Source: Ignavibacteriales bacterium (GTDB lineage Bacteria; Bacteroidota; Ignavibacteria; UBA10030; UBA8401). From it: a stretch of 64,000 nucleotides of DNA. The notes below the pieces were generated by a model, which was not told the DNA's origin, did no database searches, and worked only from the letters and a program-made list of their open reading frames with translations. Position numbers and translations under genes: made by a program. The stretch spans positions 92,820-156,819 of the forward strand of contig JBBINR010000002.1 of NCBI GenBank assembly GCA_037443785.1, read 5' to 3'. This document shows, one piece after another, positions 19,051-29,794 of this stretch; within the stretch, counting starts at the first letter, position 1; the number at the start of each line of letters is the position of its first letter.

Positions 19051-21144
19051 ATGAACAAAATGTTTTTCGTCATTCTTTGCATCATCCCGCTTTTTGCACA
19101 ATACAACGATAAACCGAAACAACCAACCATGACTGACCGACAATACACAATTGAAAAAATCCAGATGGGCGATGTTGGTCCTGTCCGCATCGTCCAGCTT
19201 TATGCCGATGGATTTGAAAAACTTTCTCTGAAAGAAAAAATATTCACCTACTATTTATATCAAGCGGCAATTGCGGCGCGCGATATTGCCATCGATCAGC
19301 GGCACAAGGATGCTCTGGAAATCCGGGATCTGCTAGAAGCGGTGTATACACATCCGAAAGAGATCGACCAAGCTCTGTACAACAAGATTGTACTCTATAC
19401 AAAGCTTTTCTGGGTGAACAATTCGCAGTATGATAATATCACGGCAAGAAAATTTGTACCGCAATGTTCGTTCGATGAATTTTCGTCTGCCGTCAAAACA
19501 GCGATGAAGAACGGCGCGGTGATTTCATTGCAGGCGAATGAAACACTTGATCAAAAGCTTGCACGTTTGAAACCAGAAATCTTCGATGCAACGTATGAAT
19601 CGGTGCAGACGAATAAAACCCCCGGTGAAGATATGATTGCCAAGAGTGCCAATAATCTTTACGACGGAACAACTTTTGCCGAAGTCGATGCGTGGGCAAA
19701 AGCAGGAAACGAAAAATATCCGCTGAATTCCAAAGTAATTAAAGAACATGGAAGGCTGCTTGAGAAAGTCTATCGCGCCGGTAATACGCATCTTGGCGGA
19801 ATAATTCCTCCCGGAATGTATGCTGAAGATTTGCAGTCGGCAATTTCCTATCTGACAAAAGCAAAAGCGTACGCAAGCAATCCGCTGCAAGCCGAAAATC
19901 TTGATAAGCTAATCACATTTTATCAAACGGGCGATTTAAAGGATTGGCGCGAATACAATATCGGCTGGGTGAAGGAAACCCAATCGCAAATCGACATGAT
20001 CCACGGATTCATCGAAGTGTACCTCGATGCGCGCGGTGCGAAAGGACAATTTGAATCAGTCGTGAATTTTGCCAATCCGGAATTGACAGAAATGTTCCAG
20101 AAAGTTGGGACGAACGCACAATATTTTGAAGACCGCATGCCGTGGGAAGAGAAATACAAAAAGAACAATGTGAAACCGCTGAAGTACACCGTCATCAACG
20201 TAGTAGTGGAAACAGGCGATGCCGGTCCGGTGAGCGCGATTGGTATTAATCTTCCGAACGAGCAGGATGTACGCGAACAGTATGGAAGCAAATCAGTAAC
20301 GCTCTACAATATTGTGGATGCATACGACAAAACGGGAGGAAAAGATATTACAAAAGAGTTTGCGTTCGATCAGCAGGAAATTGCCATGGGAGAAAAATAC
20401 GGAAACCTTGCCGACAACATGCATACCGCACTTCATGAAGTGCTTGGGCACGCATCCGGAAAAATTTCTCCACACCTGAAGATTGAGCCGCAAGCCGCAC
20501 TGCCGGGATATTATTCAACATTGGAAGAAGCGCGCGCTGACCTTGTGGCGATGTATCATATTTGGGATCCGAAACTAGTAGAGATTGGGATCATTCCGAA
20601 TACCATGGATGTGGTGAAGGCAATGTACGACAAAGAAGTGCGGAATGCGTGCATGGTACAACTGCAGCGCGTTCCCAAAGGACATGATCAGCTTGAAGAA
20701 GACCATATGAAGAATCGCCAGATGATTGCACACTGGTTATGGAAAAATGCCGATTGTATTGAACGGGTTGATAAAGAAGGGAAGACATATTTTCGCGTCA
20801 CAAGTTATGAAAAAATGCGCGTTGGCGTGGGCAAACTGCTTGCAGAAATTCAGCGCATTAAATCGGAAGGAGATTTTGATGCAGCAAAGAAATTGATCGA
20901 CACGTACGGATTGAAGATCGACACGGCGCTTCGCGATCAAGTGCTTGCACGCATGGAAAAACTCGACCGCGCGGTGTACACCGGATTTGTAATGCCGAAG
21001 CTTGAACCAGTGACGGACAAGAGCGGAACACTTACCGATGTTGCCATTACGTATCCGTTAGATTTGGCGAAACAGATGCTGGAGTATTCTGCATTTACAA
21101 AATCAGAAAATGCAAAAGCGAAAGAAGTGTTAAAACTGAAATAA
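19051..21144 (+). CDS. dipeptidyl-peptidase III (M49 metallopeptidase)
   Basis: HEVLGH hexapeptide, LEEARADL, IGINLPN, GFIEVY; signal peptide. Confidence 0.92.
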   Translation: MNKMFFVILCIIPLFAQYNDKPKQPTMTDRQYTIEKIQMGDVGPVRIVQLYADGFEKLSLKEKIFTYYLYQAAIAARDIAIDQRHKDALEIRDLLEAVYTHPKEIDQALYNKIVLYTKLFWVNNSQYDNITARKFVPQCSFDEFSSAVKTAMKNGAVISLQANETLDQKLARLKPEIFDATYESVQTNKTPGEDMIAKSANNLYDGTTFAEVDAWAKAGNEKYPLNSKVIKEHGRLLEKVYRAGNTHLGGIIPPGMYAEDLQSAISYLTKAKAYASNPLQAENLDKLITFYQTGDLKDWREYNIGWVKETQSQIDMIHGFIEVYLDARGAKGQFESVVNFANPELTEMFQKVGTNAQYFEDRMPWEEKYKKNNVKPLKYTVINVVVETGDAGPVSAIGINLPNEQDVREQYGSKSVTLYNIVDAYDKTGGKDITKEFAFDQQEIAMGEKYGNLADNMHTALHEVLGHASGKISPHLKIEPQAALPGYYSTLEEARADLVAMYHIWDPKLVEIGIIPNTMDVVKAMYDKEVRNACMVQLQRVPKGHDQLEEDHMKNRQMIAHWLWKNADCIERVDKEGKTYFRVTSYEKMRVGVGKLLAEIQRIKSEGDFDAAKKLIDTYGLKIDTALRDQVLARMEKLDRAVYTGFVMPKLEPVTDKSGTLTDVAITYPLDLAKQMLEYSAFTKSENAKAKEVLKLK

Positions 21145-21172
21145 CGCGGAAAGAATTTCAGGCAGTCTTTTT

Positions 21173-21201
21173 CTCAGTCCCAAACAGAGTTTGGGACTGA
21201 G
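21173..21201. repeat. REP-like hairpin / terminator between convergent genes
   Basis: CTCAGTCCCAAAC-aga-GTTTGGGACTGAG; related copy at 29750-29776. Confidence 0.6.
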
Positions 21202-21384
21202 CATTTTAAATCGTCCGCGCAATTTTCCTGCGAGTTCGGGCGTGAGCATTTGATGGCTTGTGCTGGGCGCGGCGAAGCATTAGATTGAGCGTCTGATAAG
21301 GTGATTGATCAATTAAATCTCGACTCTTAGTTCCGATCAGCCTCCGAAATGTATGTTTCTTCTATTAGGAATAATAATTTTTTT

Positions 21385-24300
21385 TCATTTCATCACAACC
21401 ATTTTTTTGACGGTGTGAAAATTTCCACCCTTCAGTCGGTAAAAATAAACGCCGCTCGAAAGCGCTCCTGCATTGAACACCGTTTTATATTTTCCCGGCA
21501 TATGCGTCCCGTTCACGAGCGTCGTCACTTCGCGGCCGACAATATCATACACGACAATGCTGACATGCTCGAGACGCGGAACTTCATATTCAATGGTCGT
21601 TGCCGGATTGAACGGGTTCGGGTAATTCTGCACAAGTGAATAGCTCGCCGGAATTTGGATATCCGGTTCCACCTCTGTCGATCCGTCATTGATCCAGTTT
21701 CCGACGGAAAACGCAGGAGAAAGAATTTGCTCCGTCGAATTTCCCGATTGGTCGACCATCCTGATCTTGAGATCGATCGCAACGGAATCGACTGCCGTTG
21801 CCGCAGCAAGCGATGCGGAAAAGAGCGATCCTCCTTTATCGACTTGATCTCCAACATGAGTGACGGGAAGAGGAATCCATTCCATCGTTTTATATTTTCG
21901 GTACATGATTGTTGTAGAATCCGGAATGGGAAGCTGCGTGACATACGAATAGAGAAGCGATGAGAACTGGATGGTTGCATTCTCATTCTTTGCAAATTGA
22001 TCGACCGATTGTTTTTTGCTGTTTAAAAAGACGAGAGAGGTAATGATCGGCGAATCGGGCACCTGTTTCGTCAGATCGAATGCATTTGTCAAGGTGATTC
22101 TCCCCTCGACATTTTTTACGAAATAATTGCGCGCCATGATCGTGACGCGGTACTTTGCCGGCGGCACAGCGAATGGAGAACGGTCGAGACTCAGCGGCGC
22201 TTCCTTCAAGAGCTGTCCCGCATCGTTGTAGATTGTGTACGAACCGAAATCATAGTCAGCGTACCGTTCTTCGTTTAATCCTCCGAGAAAATGCGGACTG
22301 AAATGGATCGACGTACCGAATTCGTTGTTGTAGGTTAAATTTAAAAGATGCACCGGCGATGATCCAAAAAACATTTCTCCTCCGTCGGGCGACTTGTAGG
22401 CGGTCAATGAATTCTGCGACGGCAAATTGGCCATCACGCTGTCGTTGACGATGGAAAAGTACCTCGTGGAATAATCCACAAAATCCGTAGCAAGGTTTGA
22501 ATAATCGATATAGAATGCCGGTGAGATACTGGCTGTTGAGTCGGATGATTTCATCAGGTACATGTCGAACGATGCTGTATCGCCTGAAACGGCAAGCGTA
22601 TCAATTCCCACAATCACCGTATTGAAATAATCGTTTCCGCCAGTCGATTGAACGTAAATCACTTCCGAATAAATTTTCATGTGCGGTGCATTCGGTGCGG
22701 TCTTGAAATGCAACTTTTGACTTGTGTATGCCGACGGAGGAGAGAGATGGCGGTCGCCGCTTATCCCGGTGAACGGGATGTACTGCGGAATTACGATTTT
22801 CTTCGCCTGCCGCAGATCGATCATTGCTTCAACGGCATGAAATTGAAAATTGTTCGAGCTTGGAGAAACCATGATGCTGTGTTGATCCGCGGGCAGCTGA
22901 ATGAACAAGGGGAAATTTGTCGGCAAATTCACGCGCAGTACGCGCTTCACGGCATTCGACGATGTGAACGGTGTGCCGGTGTTATCTGCTCCGTCAAAAA
23001 AGATGGTATGGACCGCATCGGACGAAGTGAAATGAATGCTCTCTGTTCCGTTCACGGCAACATTTTCCTTGGTGATGAGTTTGTTCACTGTCGGGAAATA
23101 TAGAGCGAAATTGTACGTATCGTATGATCCGCCGGTTACCTCAAGCGTCTTTGCATCTATCCATCGCACCCGTGAATACCAGCGGTTGTACGTTGATTGA
23201 ATAAAATTCAGTTTGCTGGCGCCGAGAAAAATCGGATTGGGATCGCTGAACGTAAGGAACATCCGTGTTGTGCGTGCAAATGCCCACGGAAGATGGAGTG
23301 TGTCCGATGATCCGTTGATACGCACAAACCCGTCATACACAGGAATATCCTGATCAACGATCGGAATTATCCCGTTGTCGACAGTGATCGTAACAAAAAC
23401 ATTTTTTGTCTCATTCTGCGATAACGAAAAATTCTGGGGCGATGTGGAGACGGAGATTCCGCTCACGGTTCCTGAGAATGCAACAGAATAATTCTGCGCG
23501 ATATTTTTTGTGTTCGTCACCTGCACGGTCTCAACCTTTGTCCATATTCCCTGCGAAGGATCGTCAAGTCCGTAACTTAACTGGCTGGGAACGGCAAACG
23601 ACGTGCGTTGAATCGACCTGAATGCATCGACGCGCCCTGATCCTTGCAGCATTTTTTTTGCGCCAAGGTCAACGGCGGAATTCACGATTGCCGATTTGAT
23701 TTGAGACGGCGTCAGACTTTTATTATTCGATTTCAATAATGCGGCAACACCGGCAATCATCGGCGACGCCATCGATGTTCCGCTCAAGTACGCATAACTG
23801 TTTCCCGGCGCCAACGATCGTATATTCACCCCGGGTGCGGCAACATCCGGCTTGATTGCATAATACAGCGGTGCAGGGCCCTTGGAAGAGAATCGCGGAA
23901 CAGTGTTCACCGAGTCGATCGCACCGACCGTGATGGCCAAGCGTGCAGTTCCGGGGCTGGCGATTGTTTCCATACCGGTAAAATAATAATTGTCCTCCTT
24001 ACCCTGAGTCGGGGTGTACCCGCCGCTGTTACCCGCTGAAACGCAGAATGTTACTCCGAGTTTTACCGCATTATCAACCGTAATGGACATTGCATCGTCG
24101 GGACTTCCGGAATTGGAACCAAGACTCATGTTTACCACATCCAGTTTATCGCTTGTATCGCCGTCTTGATTCGGATCTACTGTCCGTTCGATTGCCTCGA
24201 TGATATCCGTCGAGTTTCCCTGCCCTTTATCATTCAACACTTTGTATGCAACTAATTTTGCTTTTGGAGCAACTCCCTGAATTGTTGCGCCGTCCGCCGC

Positions 24301-24969
24301 GACAATTCCCGCCACATGTGTGCCGTGCCCGTTGTCATCCATCGGATCGCTGTCGTGATTGACAAAATCGTATCCGCCGACCACTTTAAACGAAGGGCCA
24401 ATTCCTCCGCCGAGCGCGGGATGCATATAATCAATTCCTGAATCGATAATCCCGACGACGACGCTGTCTCCTCTGATTCCCAGATTATTCCAGACCTCAT
24501 TCGCCCGTATGTGCGGAATACTTTTTTCCAGATGCGCCTGCACAATCGATTCGCGCGAAACTTTTTTTACATACGACAGCTGCTCGATCATTGGTATCAT
24601 TTGCTGGGGAAGGGAGATCGCTTCGCCGAAAAAGAGTTTATAGAATTCTTTCCGTACCGTTATGCCCTGCGGCGATCCTGCCGCTTTGGAAAATGCCGAT
24701 GTGTGAAGAGTATTTTGAAATTCGGAAAATCTGCTTTGGTAAAATGATGTCGATGCGGCAGAGAATTTCTTGCTGCCTTGGGCAATGTAGAACGGCTCTT
24801 CTTTGAATTCGACAATGACATTCACAACGGAGTCGGCAGCGAGATCCATCGTTGGTGCCAACGTTGCGCTGTGCATTGCGGAATGCGATGGCAAGATAAA
24901 TTTTTCTTTGGCGAAGAGGAGAGCAGACAACATCACAAAAAACAGTATTCCTCTTTTATAGGTTACCAT
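21385..24969 (-). CDS. secreted S8 subtilisin-like serine protease with T9SS C-terminal domain
   Basis: triad IIDSG / HGTHVAG / GTSMASP, prodomain, C-terminal QNYPNPFNP...SGVYFYRL...KKMVVMK. Confidence 0.92.
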   Translation of the reverse strand: MVTYKRGILFFVMLSALLFAKEKFILPSHSAMHSATLAPTMDLAADSVVNVIVEFKEEPFYIAQGSKKFSAASTSFYQSRFSEFQNTLHTSAFSKAAGSPQGITVRKEFYKLFFGEAISLPQQMIPMIEQLSYVKKVSRESIVQAHLEKSIPHIRANEVWNNLGIRGDSVVVGIIDSGIDYMHPALGGGIGPSFKVVGGYDFVNHDSDPMDDNGHGTHVAGIVAADGATIQGVAPKAKLVAYKVLNDKGQGNSTDIIEAIERTVDPNQDGDTSDKLDVVNMSLGSNSGSPDDAMSITVDNAVKLGVTFCVSAGNSGGYTPTQGKEDNYYFTGMETIASPGTARLAITVGAIDSVNTVPRFSSKGPAPLYYAIKPDVAAPGVNIRSLAPGNSYAYLSGTSMASPMIAGVAALLKSNNKSLTPSQIKSAIVNSAVDLGAKKMLQGSGRVDAFRSIQRTSFAVPSQLSYGLDDPSQGIWTKVETVQVTNTKNIAQNYSVAFSGTVSGISVSTSPQNFSLSQNETKNVFVTITVDNGIIPIVDQDIPVYDGFVRINGSSDTLHLPWAFARTTRMFLTFSDPNPIFLGASKLNFIQSTYNRWYSRVRWIDAKTLEVTGGSYDTYNFALYFPTVNKLITKENVAVNGTESIHFTSSDAVHTIFFDGADNTGTPFTSSNAVKRVLRVNLPTNFPLFIQLPADQHSIMVSPSSNNFQFHAVEAMIDLRQAKKIVIPQYIPFTGISGDRHLSPPSAYTSQKLHFKTAPNAPHMKIYSEVIYVQSTGGNDYFNTVIVGIDTLAVSGDTASFDMYLMKSSDSTASISPAFYIDYSNLATDFVDYSTRYFSIVNDSVMANLPSQNSLTAYKSPDGGEMFFGSSPVHLLNLTYNNEFGTSIHFSPHFLGGLNEERYADYDFGSYTIYNDAGQLLKEAPLSLDRSPFAVPPAKYRVTIMARNYFVKNVEGRITLTNAFDLTKQVPDSPIITSLVFLNSKKQSVDQFAKNENATIQFSSLLYSYVTQLPIPDSTTIMYRKYKTMEWIPLPVTHVGDQVDKGGSLFSASLAAATAVDSVAIDLKIRMVDQSGNSTEQILSPAFSVGNWINDGSTEVEPDIQIPASYSLVQNYPNPFNPATTIEYEVPRLEHVSIVVYDIVGREVTTLVNGTHMPGKYKTVFNAGALSSGVYFYRLKGGNFHTVKKMVVMK

Positions 24970-25114
24970 AACGTATTCTCATATTTGATGATTGGTGCGA
25001 CGGAAATCGGTAACAACAGGCAGTTATTGTAGAATTCCGATGATTTTCCCGTAGCCTATACGGAAAAATGTACTTTTAGATACAATGATAAAAAAATACA
25101 ATGGATGAAAGATG

Positions 25115-25552
25115 CTATTTATTTCCGACAATCTCCCACTCTTCAACGCCGCCGTGTACCACTCTAAACATGGGGTGCGGAAAGAATTTCTTTTCATGTT
25201 GCATTTCGCGGTACCGTTTCGGGTCTCGAACTTTCAGTTTCTTCAATAAGTGAGCTGTTTCATATTGTATTTGTCCGCGTGTTACGGTTACCGTCGACCG
25301 GGAGAAATTCCAGTCGATTTTCTCCCTGTCGAAATGATATCCCCGCCGGGTTGCTTCTTTATGAACAATGGAGAGATAGTAATTAATTCCCTGCAGAGGA
25401 TTTTTTATTTTTTTAAATCTCTGCAATTGCGGATGATGGGTATAGCCTTTTGTCTTTCCTTCAAGGACATGTTGCGCCAGCAGCGTTTCTCTCCACAGCG
25501 CTACAAGTCCTTTTGCATCAAGATATTTTGGATGCAGCGACCAAATTCTCAA
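25115..25552 (-). CDS. pyrimidine-dimer DNA glycosylase / T4 endonuclease V family
   Basis: RIWSLHPKYLD.KGLVALWRE.LLAQ...GY.HHPQL; TTG start. Confidence 0.88.
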   Translation of the reverse strand: MRIWSLHPKYLDAKGLVALWRETLLAQHVLEGKTKGYTHHPQLQRFKKIKNPLQGINYYLSIVHKEATRRGYHFDREKIDWNFSRSTVTVTRGQIQYETAHLLKKLKVRDPKRYREMQHEKKFFPHPMFRVVHGGVEEWEIVGNK

Positions 25553-25783
25553 TTAAATCCGTTTCCTTTTTCTTTTAATGTACGATAAAAAATTCTCTAT
25601 GGCGTCATGACTTTACGGTGTGAAATCATTTCCGCGGGATTCATAAGCACCTCATCATACCTTTTTGTCCTTTGAGTGATTTCTTTCATTGTTTCTCAAT
25701 GATTATTACTCTAACTTTTATAAAAGAATACCGCACTTCATATTCAATTCTACAGTTTGATTCACCTTCGAAGGGGAGGCTGT

Positions 25784-27727
25784 ATGAAAATAAAAAATCT
25801 TTTCTTTTTTCTTCTCGCCATTTCACTGATCGTTCTTTTCTCCGCCGGATGCAACAAAACGGCAACCACAGAGTCGGATCAAAAAATTGATACGCTGTCG
25901 TCACGCACCAATTCTGATGCTGGAATGACGGAAATGGAAAACCAATTCTATTTTATGGCGACAAATAATTTTAACTCGTCAAGCGATTTTGACAGAGTCG
26001 ATTTTTCCAAAGCGAATACCTATTTTAAAAAAGCACTTCAGGAAAATCCGAACAATCTTGATGCGAATCTCGGCGCCGCGTTAACGGAAGTCTTCGGCGT
26101 GTATGCCGACGCCGAAATTAACGATGCGATTAAGCAATGGGAAAGCTACAAACCTTCCGGTTCAGTCACGGCTTCCGCATTCAAAAGTTTTTATATTCCC
26201 CGCGGAACTGCCGACATGAGAGTACCGGTTTCTGCGCTCGGAGCAAATTTTGTCAAGATCATTCAAATGGCAAAAACCGATCCGCCGACCATCAGCAAGA
26301 TGCAGTCACTTCTCAAAACAAAATTTCTTCCGCGCATCGATTATGCCATGGCGCGGCTTGCCGTTATTGAGCAGCATCCCGCGTATGAAATGAAAATTTC
26401 CGGAAAGATGCAGGGAAACATTACGCTCACGCCGGTGTATATGGATCTGACGGAAGTGTACCTGCTTGATGCAATGCTCAATGGAATGAAAGCAGTCGTC
26501 TCGCAATTTTTGGTTTTTCAGTTTGAGCTTTCGGCGTACACCACAAAAGCCGTCGTTGAAGCGGTTAATCAGAATAACACGACATTCTTCGTTCTGGCGT
26601 CGGATGGAAAAGCGCAGGCAGCCAACGTGAAATCGGGAATCCTCACCGCTATTGCGAAGATCCGCAGTGCAGTGAATTTCTTGAAGAACGAAACCGATGT
26701 GCAAAGCGACGACATCATCAAATTGAAGCAGGGAAATAATCAGGGAATTGCGTCGAGCGATCTCGACACCGTGCTCACGTATCTCACCAGAGCGGAAGAC
26801 GGATTGAAGAACGGCGTGACCATCGATGCGAAGGATGCCGACAGCGACGGAAACAATTATTCGATTACGGTCAATCTGTCAAACTTCTTTGACAATCCGC
26901 CGGCGAATCCGAAAAAGGATTGGCTCCCTCCGTACACTGTCGATACATCGGCGTTCGGTGATATTCAGTGGCATTGGACGCAGCAAACATACGCAACATT
27001 CACATTTCCCGATCCGACATTCGGCGGCGTGTTTCCGAATATGACCAACGATATGTTGAAACGGTTGATGTATATCGACGAAGAATTTGCATGGAGAGTG
27101 TACCTCTATGTGAATAATTATGATCACACGTCGATTTCCACAATGACGGCGCGCCTGCAGGTTGGTGCAACATCGTACGCCAACAAGCCGTACAGGTATG
27201 AATACCCAGGATGGTTTGGCGGCAAAGAATTCCGTTTCTTTGTGAACGATCAAACGACGGGAACGGGAAGAGTGTTTGTGACGCTGAACGGTGTTGAAAA
27301 GGAACTGACGTTAAGCGCTCCGGCAACGGTTAATCCGAAGCACGAAACGAACATTAATGCCAATGTTACGCCGGCGCCGCAAAATCTTACGGTGAAACTA
27401 GATTCGGGATATGTCGGATATCCGATCAACAACAACGTAAAGTATCTGAAACTCAGCTTTGCATTGCCGTCGGGATATTATTTTTACAGCAGTCAATATC
27501 GAATTGATAAAGACAGCACCGGAACCGGATTCAAACCGTATATCAGCACATATTTGACAAATGAATATGAGAGCGGCACGAATTATCTTGCATACTATGA
27601 CGTGAATTTTGTCTCCGCGAAAACGTACAAATACAGAATTGAACCGATCTACGATTCATATACTTACGGCATCACGGGATATATTCCGAACAATTATTCC
27701 AACACGGCAACCATCACCACTCCATAA
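25784..27727 (+). CDS. large hypothetical lipoprotein (helical N-terminal half, beta-rich Fn3-like C-terminus)
   Basis: SD GGAGG, signal peptide with lipobox SAGC, TPR-like FKKALQENPNNLDANLG, C-terminal YKYRI...YSN. Confidence 0.8.
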   Translation: MKIKNLFFFLLAISLIVLFSAGCNKTATTESDQKIDTLSSRTNSDAGMTEMENQFYFMATNNFNSSSDFDRVDFSKANTYFKKALQENPNNLDANLGAALTEVFGVYADAEINDAIKQWESYKPSGSVTASAFKSFYIPRGTADMRVPVSALGANFVKIIQMAKTDPPTISKMQSLLKTKFLPRIDYAMARLAVIEQHPAYEMKISGKMQGNITLTPVYMDLTEVYLLDAMLNGMKAVVSQFLVFQFELSAYTTKAVVEAVNQNNTTFFVLASDGKAQAANVKSGILTAIAKIRSAVNFLKNETDVQSDDIIKLKQGNNQGIASSDLDTVLTYLTRAEDGLKNGVTIDAKDADSDGNNYSITVNLSNFFDNPPANPKKDWLPPYTVDTSAFGDIQWHWTQQTYATFTFPDPTFGGVFPNMTNDMLKRLMYIDEEFAWRVYLYVNNYDHTSISTMTARLQVGATSYANKPYRYEYPGWFGGKEFRFFVNDQTTGTGRVFVTLNGVEKELTLSAPATVNPKHETNINANVTPAPQNLTVKLDSGYVGYPINNNVKYLKLSFALPSGYYFYSSQYRIDKDSTGTGFKPYISTYLTNEYESGTNYLAYYDVNFVSAKTYKYRIEPIYDSYTYGITGYIPNNYSNTATITTP

Positions 27728-29103
27728 TGGCGTCGAGTACATTCACAAAGCGGAAGATTGTTGTTTCGATCTTCCGCTTTTTCTTTTGTAGTTCTCTCGT
27801 TTCCGCGCAGGTGCAAAATGATCTGCCGTGGTTTCACGGCGAAGCCGGTACATCCTATTTCAATATCGTAAAACAAAAATCGCCGAACAGCACGGCGACG
27901 ATCTTTTTTCGTGAATCGTTCGCTCGTCTTGCGTATGGAACGAGCGATGATTCTATTGATGTTTCGGTCTCTTCATCGCGCTTGTACGGAAATTATGGTC
28001 ACCCCGGAAGTTCGTGGTCCGTGTCGCTGCAGAACGATGTGAACATGATCAGCGCAGGTTGGAACAGCAGATTCTCATTTCTTGAATATCACATTGGCGC
28101 CAACGCATTGATCCAATCGTTGAAGGTCGTTCCCGGATTCTCGTTACGGCTGACAGCGAAACCGGTGGGTGATTTCTTTTCGGTCGGGGGTGAATATGTC
28201 CGGACGAATGAAGCGATTCATTCGACACTCGAATTTCATGATTTTTTTGTTCCGTTCGGCCAGCAGCGAAGCAACAATCGATTCACATTCTTTGTTGGCA
28301 TTCAGTCCGTCGAAAAATTTCGTTTGGGATTCTCATCCTTCACGCAGTCCGAGCGGTTTCCTTCGACATCGGATGAATACACTGCCGATTTTTCCAATAC
28401 AACAACCGGCAATTCTTTTTCGTTTGTCGTGCAGCCGATCCGGTCCATCGCTCTTTTCGGAACATTCACGATTGCCGAAGAGAGGCCTGATGTGGTGTTG
28501 AATCGTGATGCGCTTTCCTTCGGCAGTTTTCCGGCGGGAGAATATTCGCTCTACTCAATCGATGCCGGAGTTCACGCAAAAATTTTTTCGCTGCCGGCGA
28601 GCATGAGGTACCGCCGAAATGAATTCAGATTGAAAGGAGCGGGCGTTGTAGAGTCGTGGCCATTCACATCGCTTGCCGCATCAGTGATAGCGAACCGATT
28701 GGTCTTCACGCTGAACGGAACGATGACGGTGCAGAATCTCGGCATTGCTGCCGATGTTCTGTCGTCGTTTGGATTGATACGGCCCGAAATTGGGTACTGC
28801 GTACTGCAACCCGAATACACGTTGAAGCATTGGCAGCCAGAATTTCTCGTCTTTGGCGCAAAGGCAATGGCGTACGAATCGTCATCCATCAACGCGCTGC
28901 ATTTGATAGAGCTTGCGCTCGGTTGCACGATCCCTCTTTTCGGCGGACGGCTGGAGCTTTCCGCGCTGCAGTTCATTCCTGTCGCAATCCAATACGAGAC
29001 GCATCCATCGAAGCAGGGAGAGACGGTGATAGAAGTGAAGCGTGATGCAAAAACCAATTCCGTTGACGGCGGACGTTTTGTGCAGATACGGTTTGCCTGG
29101 TGA
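27727..29103 (+). CDS. putative outer-membrane beta-barrel protein
   Basis: signal peptide, alternating aromatic beta-strand pattern, C-terminal QIRFAW; TAATG coupling to the lipoprotein gene. Confidence 0.7.
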   Translation: MASSTFTKRKIVVSIFRFFFCSSLVSAQVQNDLPWFHGEAGTSYFNIVKQKSPNSTATIFFRESFARLAYGTSDDSIDVSVSSSRLYGNYGHPGSSWSVSLQNDVNMISAGWNSRFSFLEYHIGANALIQSLKVVPGFSLRLTAKPVGDFFSVGGEYVRTNEAIHSTLEFHDFFVPFGQQRSNNRFTFFVGIQSVEKFRLGFSSFTQSERFPSTSDEYTADFSNTTTGNSFSFVVQPIRSIALFGTFTIAEERPDVVLNRDALSFGSFPAGEYSLYSIDAGVHAKIFSLPASMRYRRNEFRLKGAGVVESWPFTSLAASVIANRLVFTLNGTMTVQNLGIAADVLSSFGLIRPEIGYCVLQPEYTLKHWQPEFLVFGAKAMAYESSSINALHLIELALGCTIPLFGGRLELSALQFIPVAIQYETHPSKQGETVIEVKRDAKTNSVDGGRFVQIRFAW

Positions 29104-29295
29104 ATCATTATCCGCTTCGATTGATTTTCTCCTTTACCGCCTGCCGCCGATGATAACGGCATCCATAGACAAAACTGATATTTCACAACTGCGTTTGGTA
29201 TCGAAAGGCCGCGGCGAAAAAAATACCTAATTTACGGTATTGTGTTTTTTGGATTGAATTCATACACTTTGCGCATAGCGTGCTGCGAAAATTTT

Positions 29296-29685
29296 ATGAA
29301 CAAAGTAAAACTGCTCGTGGATCATCATCTTTCGGACGTTAAGACGATTGCCGATATCGCCTCTTTTATGGATATCCATCCCGAAACGCTGCGGAGAGTT
29401 TTTTTACGGAAAGAAAAAATCCACCTGGGCGATTACATCATGCGGCGCAAAGTTGATGCGATGAAAGAGCATTTACTGGTTACGGATGATCCGTGCTACG
29501 ATGTCTGTTACAGCGTGGGGCTGCGTGAAGATTCCGGCGCGAAAATTTTCAGGAAATTTTCGGGGGTGACGATGCAGGAGTTTCGCGAGAAATATAAGCC
29601 GGAGTTCGAGCGGCTTCGCGGCACACCGGCGGATGCCGAGCGCGTACGCGGACTGCTTGCCGAAGCGTTTTCGTACAAGGAATGA
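29296..29685 (+). CDS. stand-alone AraC-type HTH regulator
   Basis: IADIASFMDIHPETLRRVF...VCYSVG...FRKFSGVTMQEFR; no N-terminal sensor domain. Confidence 0.8.
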   Translation: MNKVKLLVDHHLSDVKTIADIASFMDIHPETLRRVFLRKEKIHLGDYIMRRKVDAMKEHLLVTDDPCYDVCYSVGLREDSGAKIFRKFSGVTMQEFREKYKPEFERLRGTPADAERVRGLLAEAFSYKE

Positions 29686-29794
29686 TACGGGACCAACGAT
29701 GGATGCCGAGAAACGCGCGGAGAATGTCCGCGTTTTTGTTTTAAAACTATCGTTTCCAAACTGAGTTTGAGAACGAGGTGAAATTTTAGTCTAA

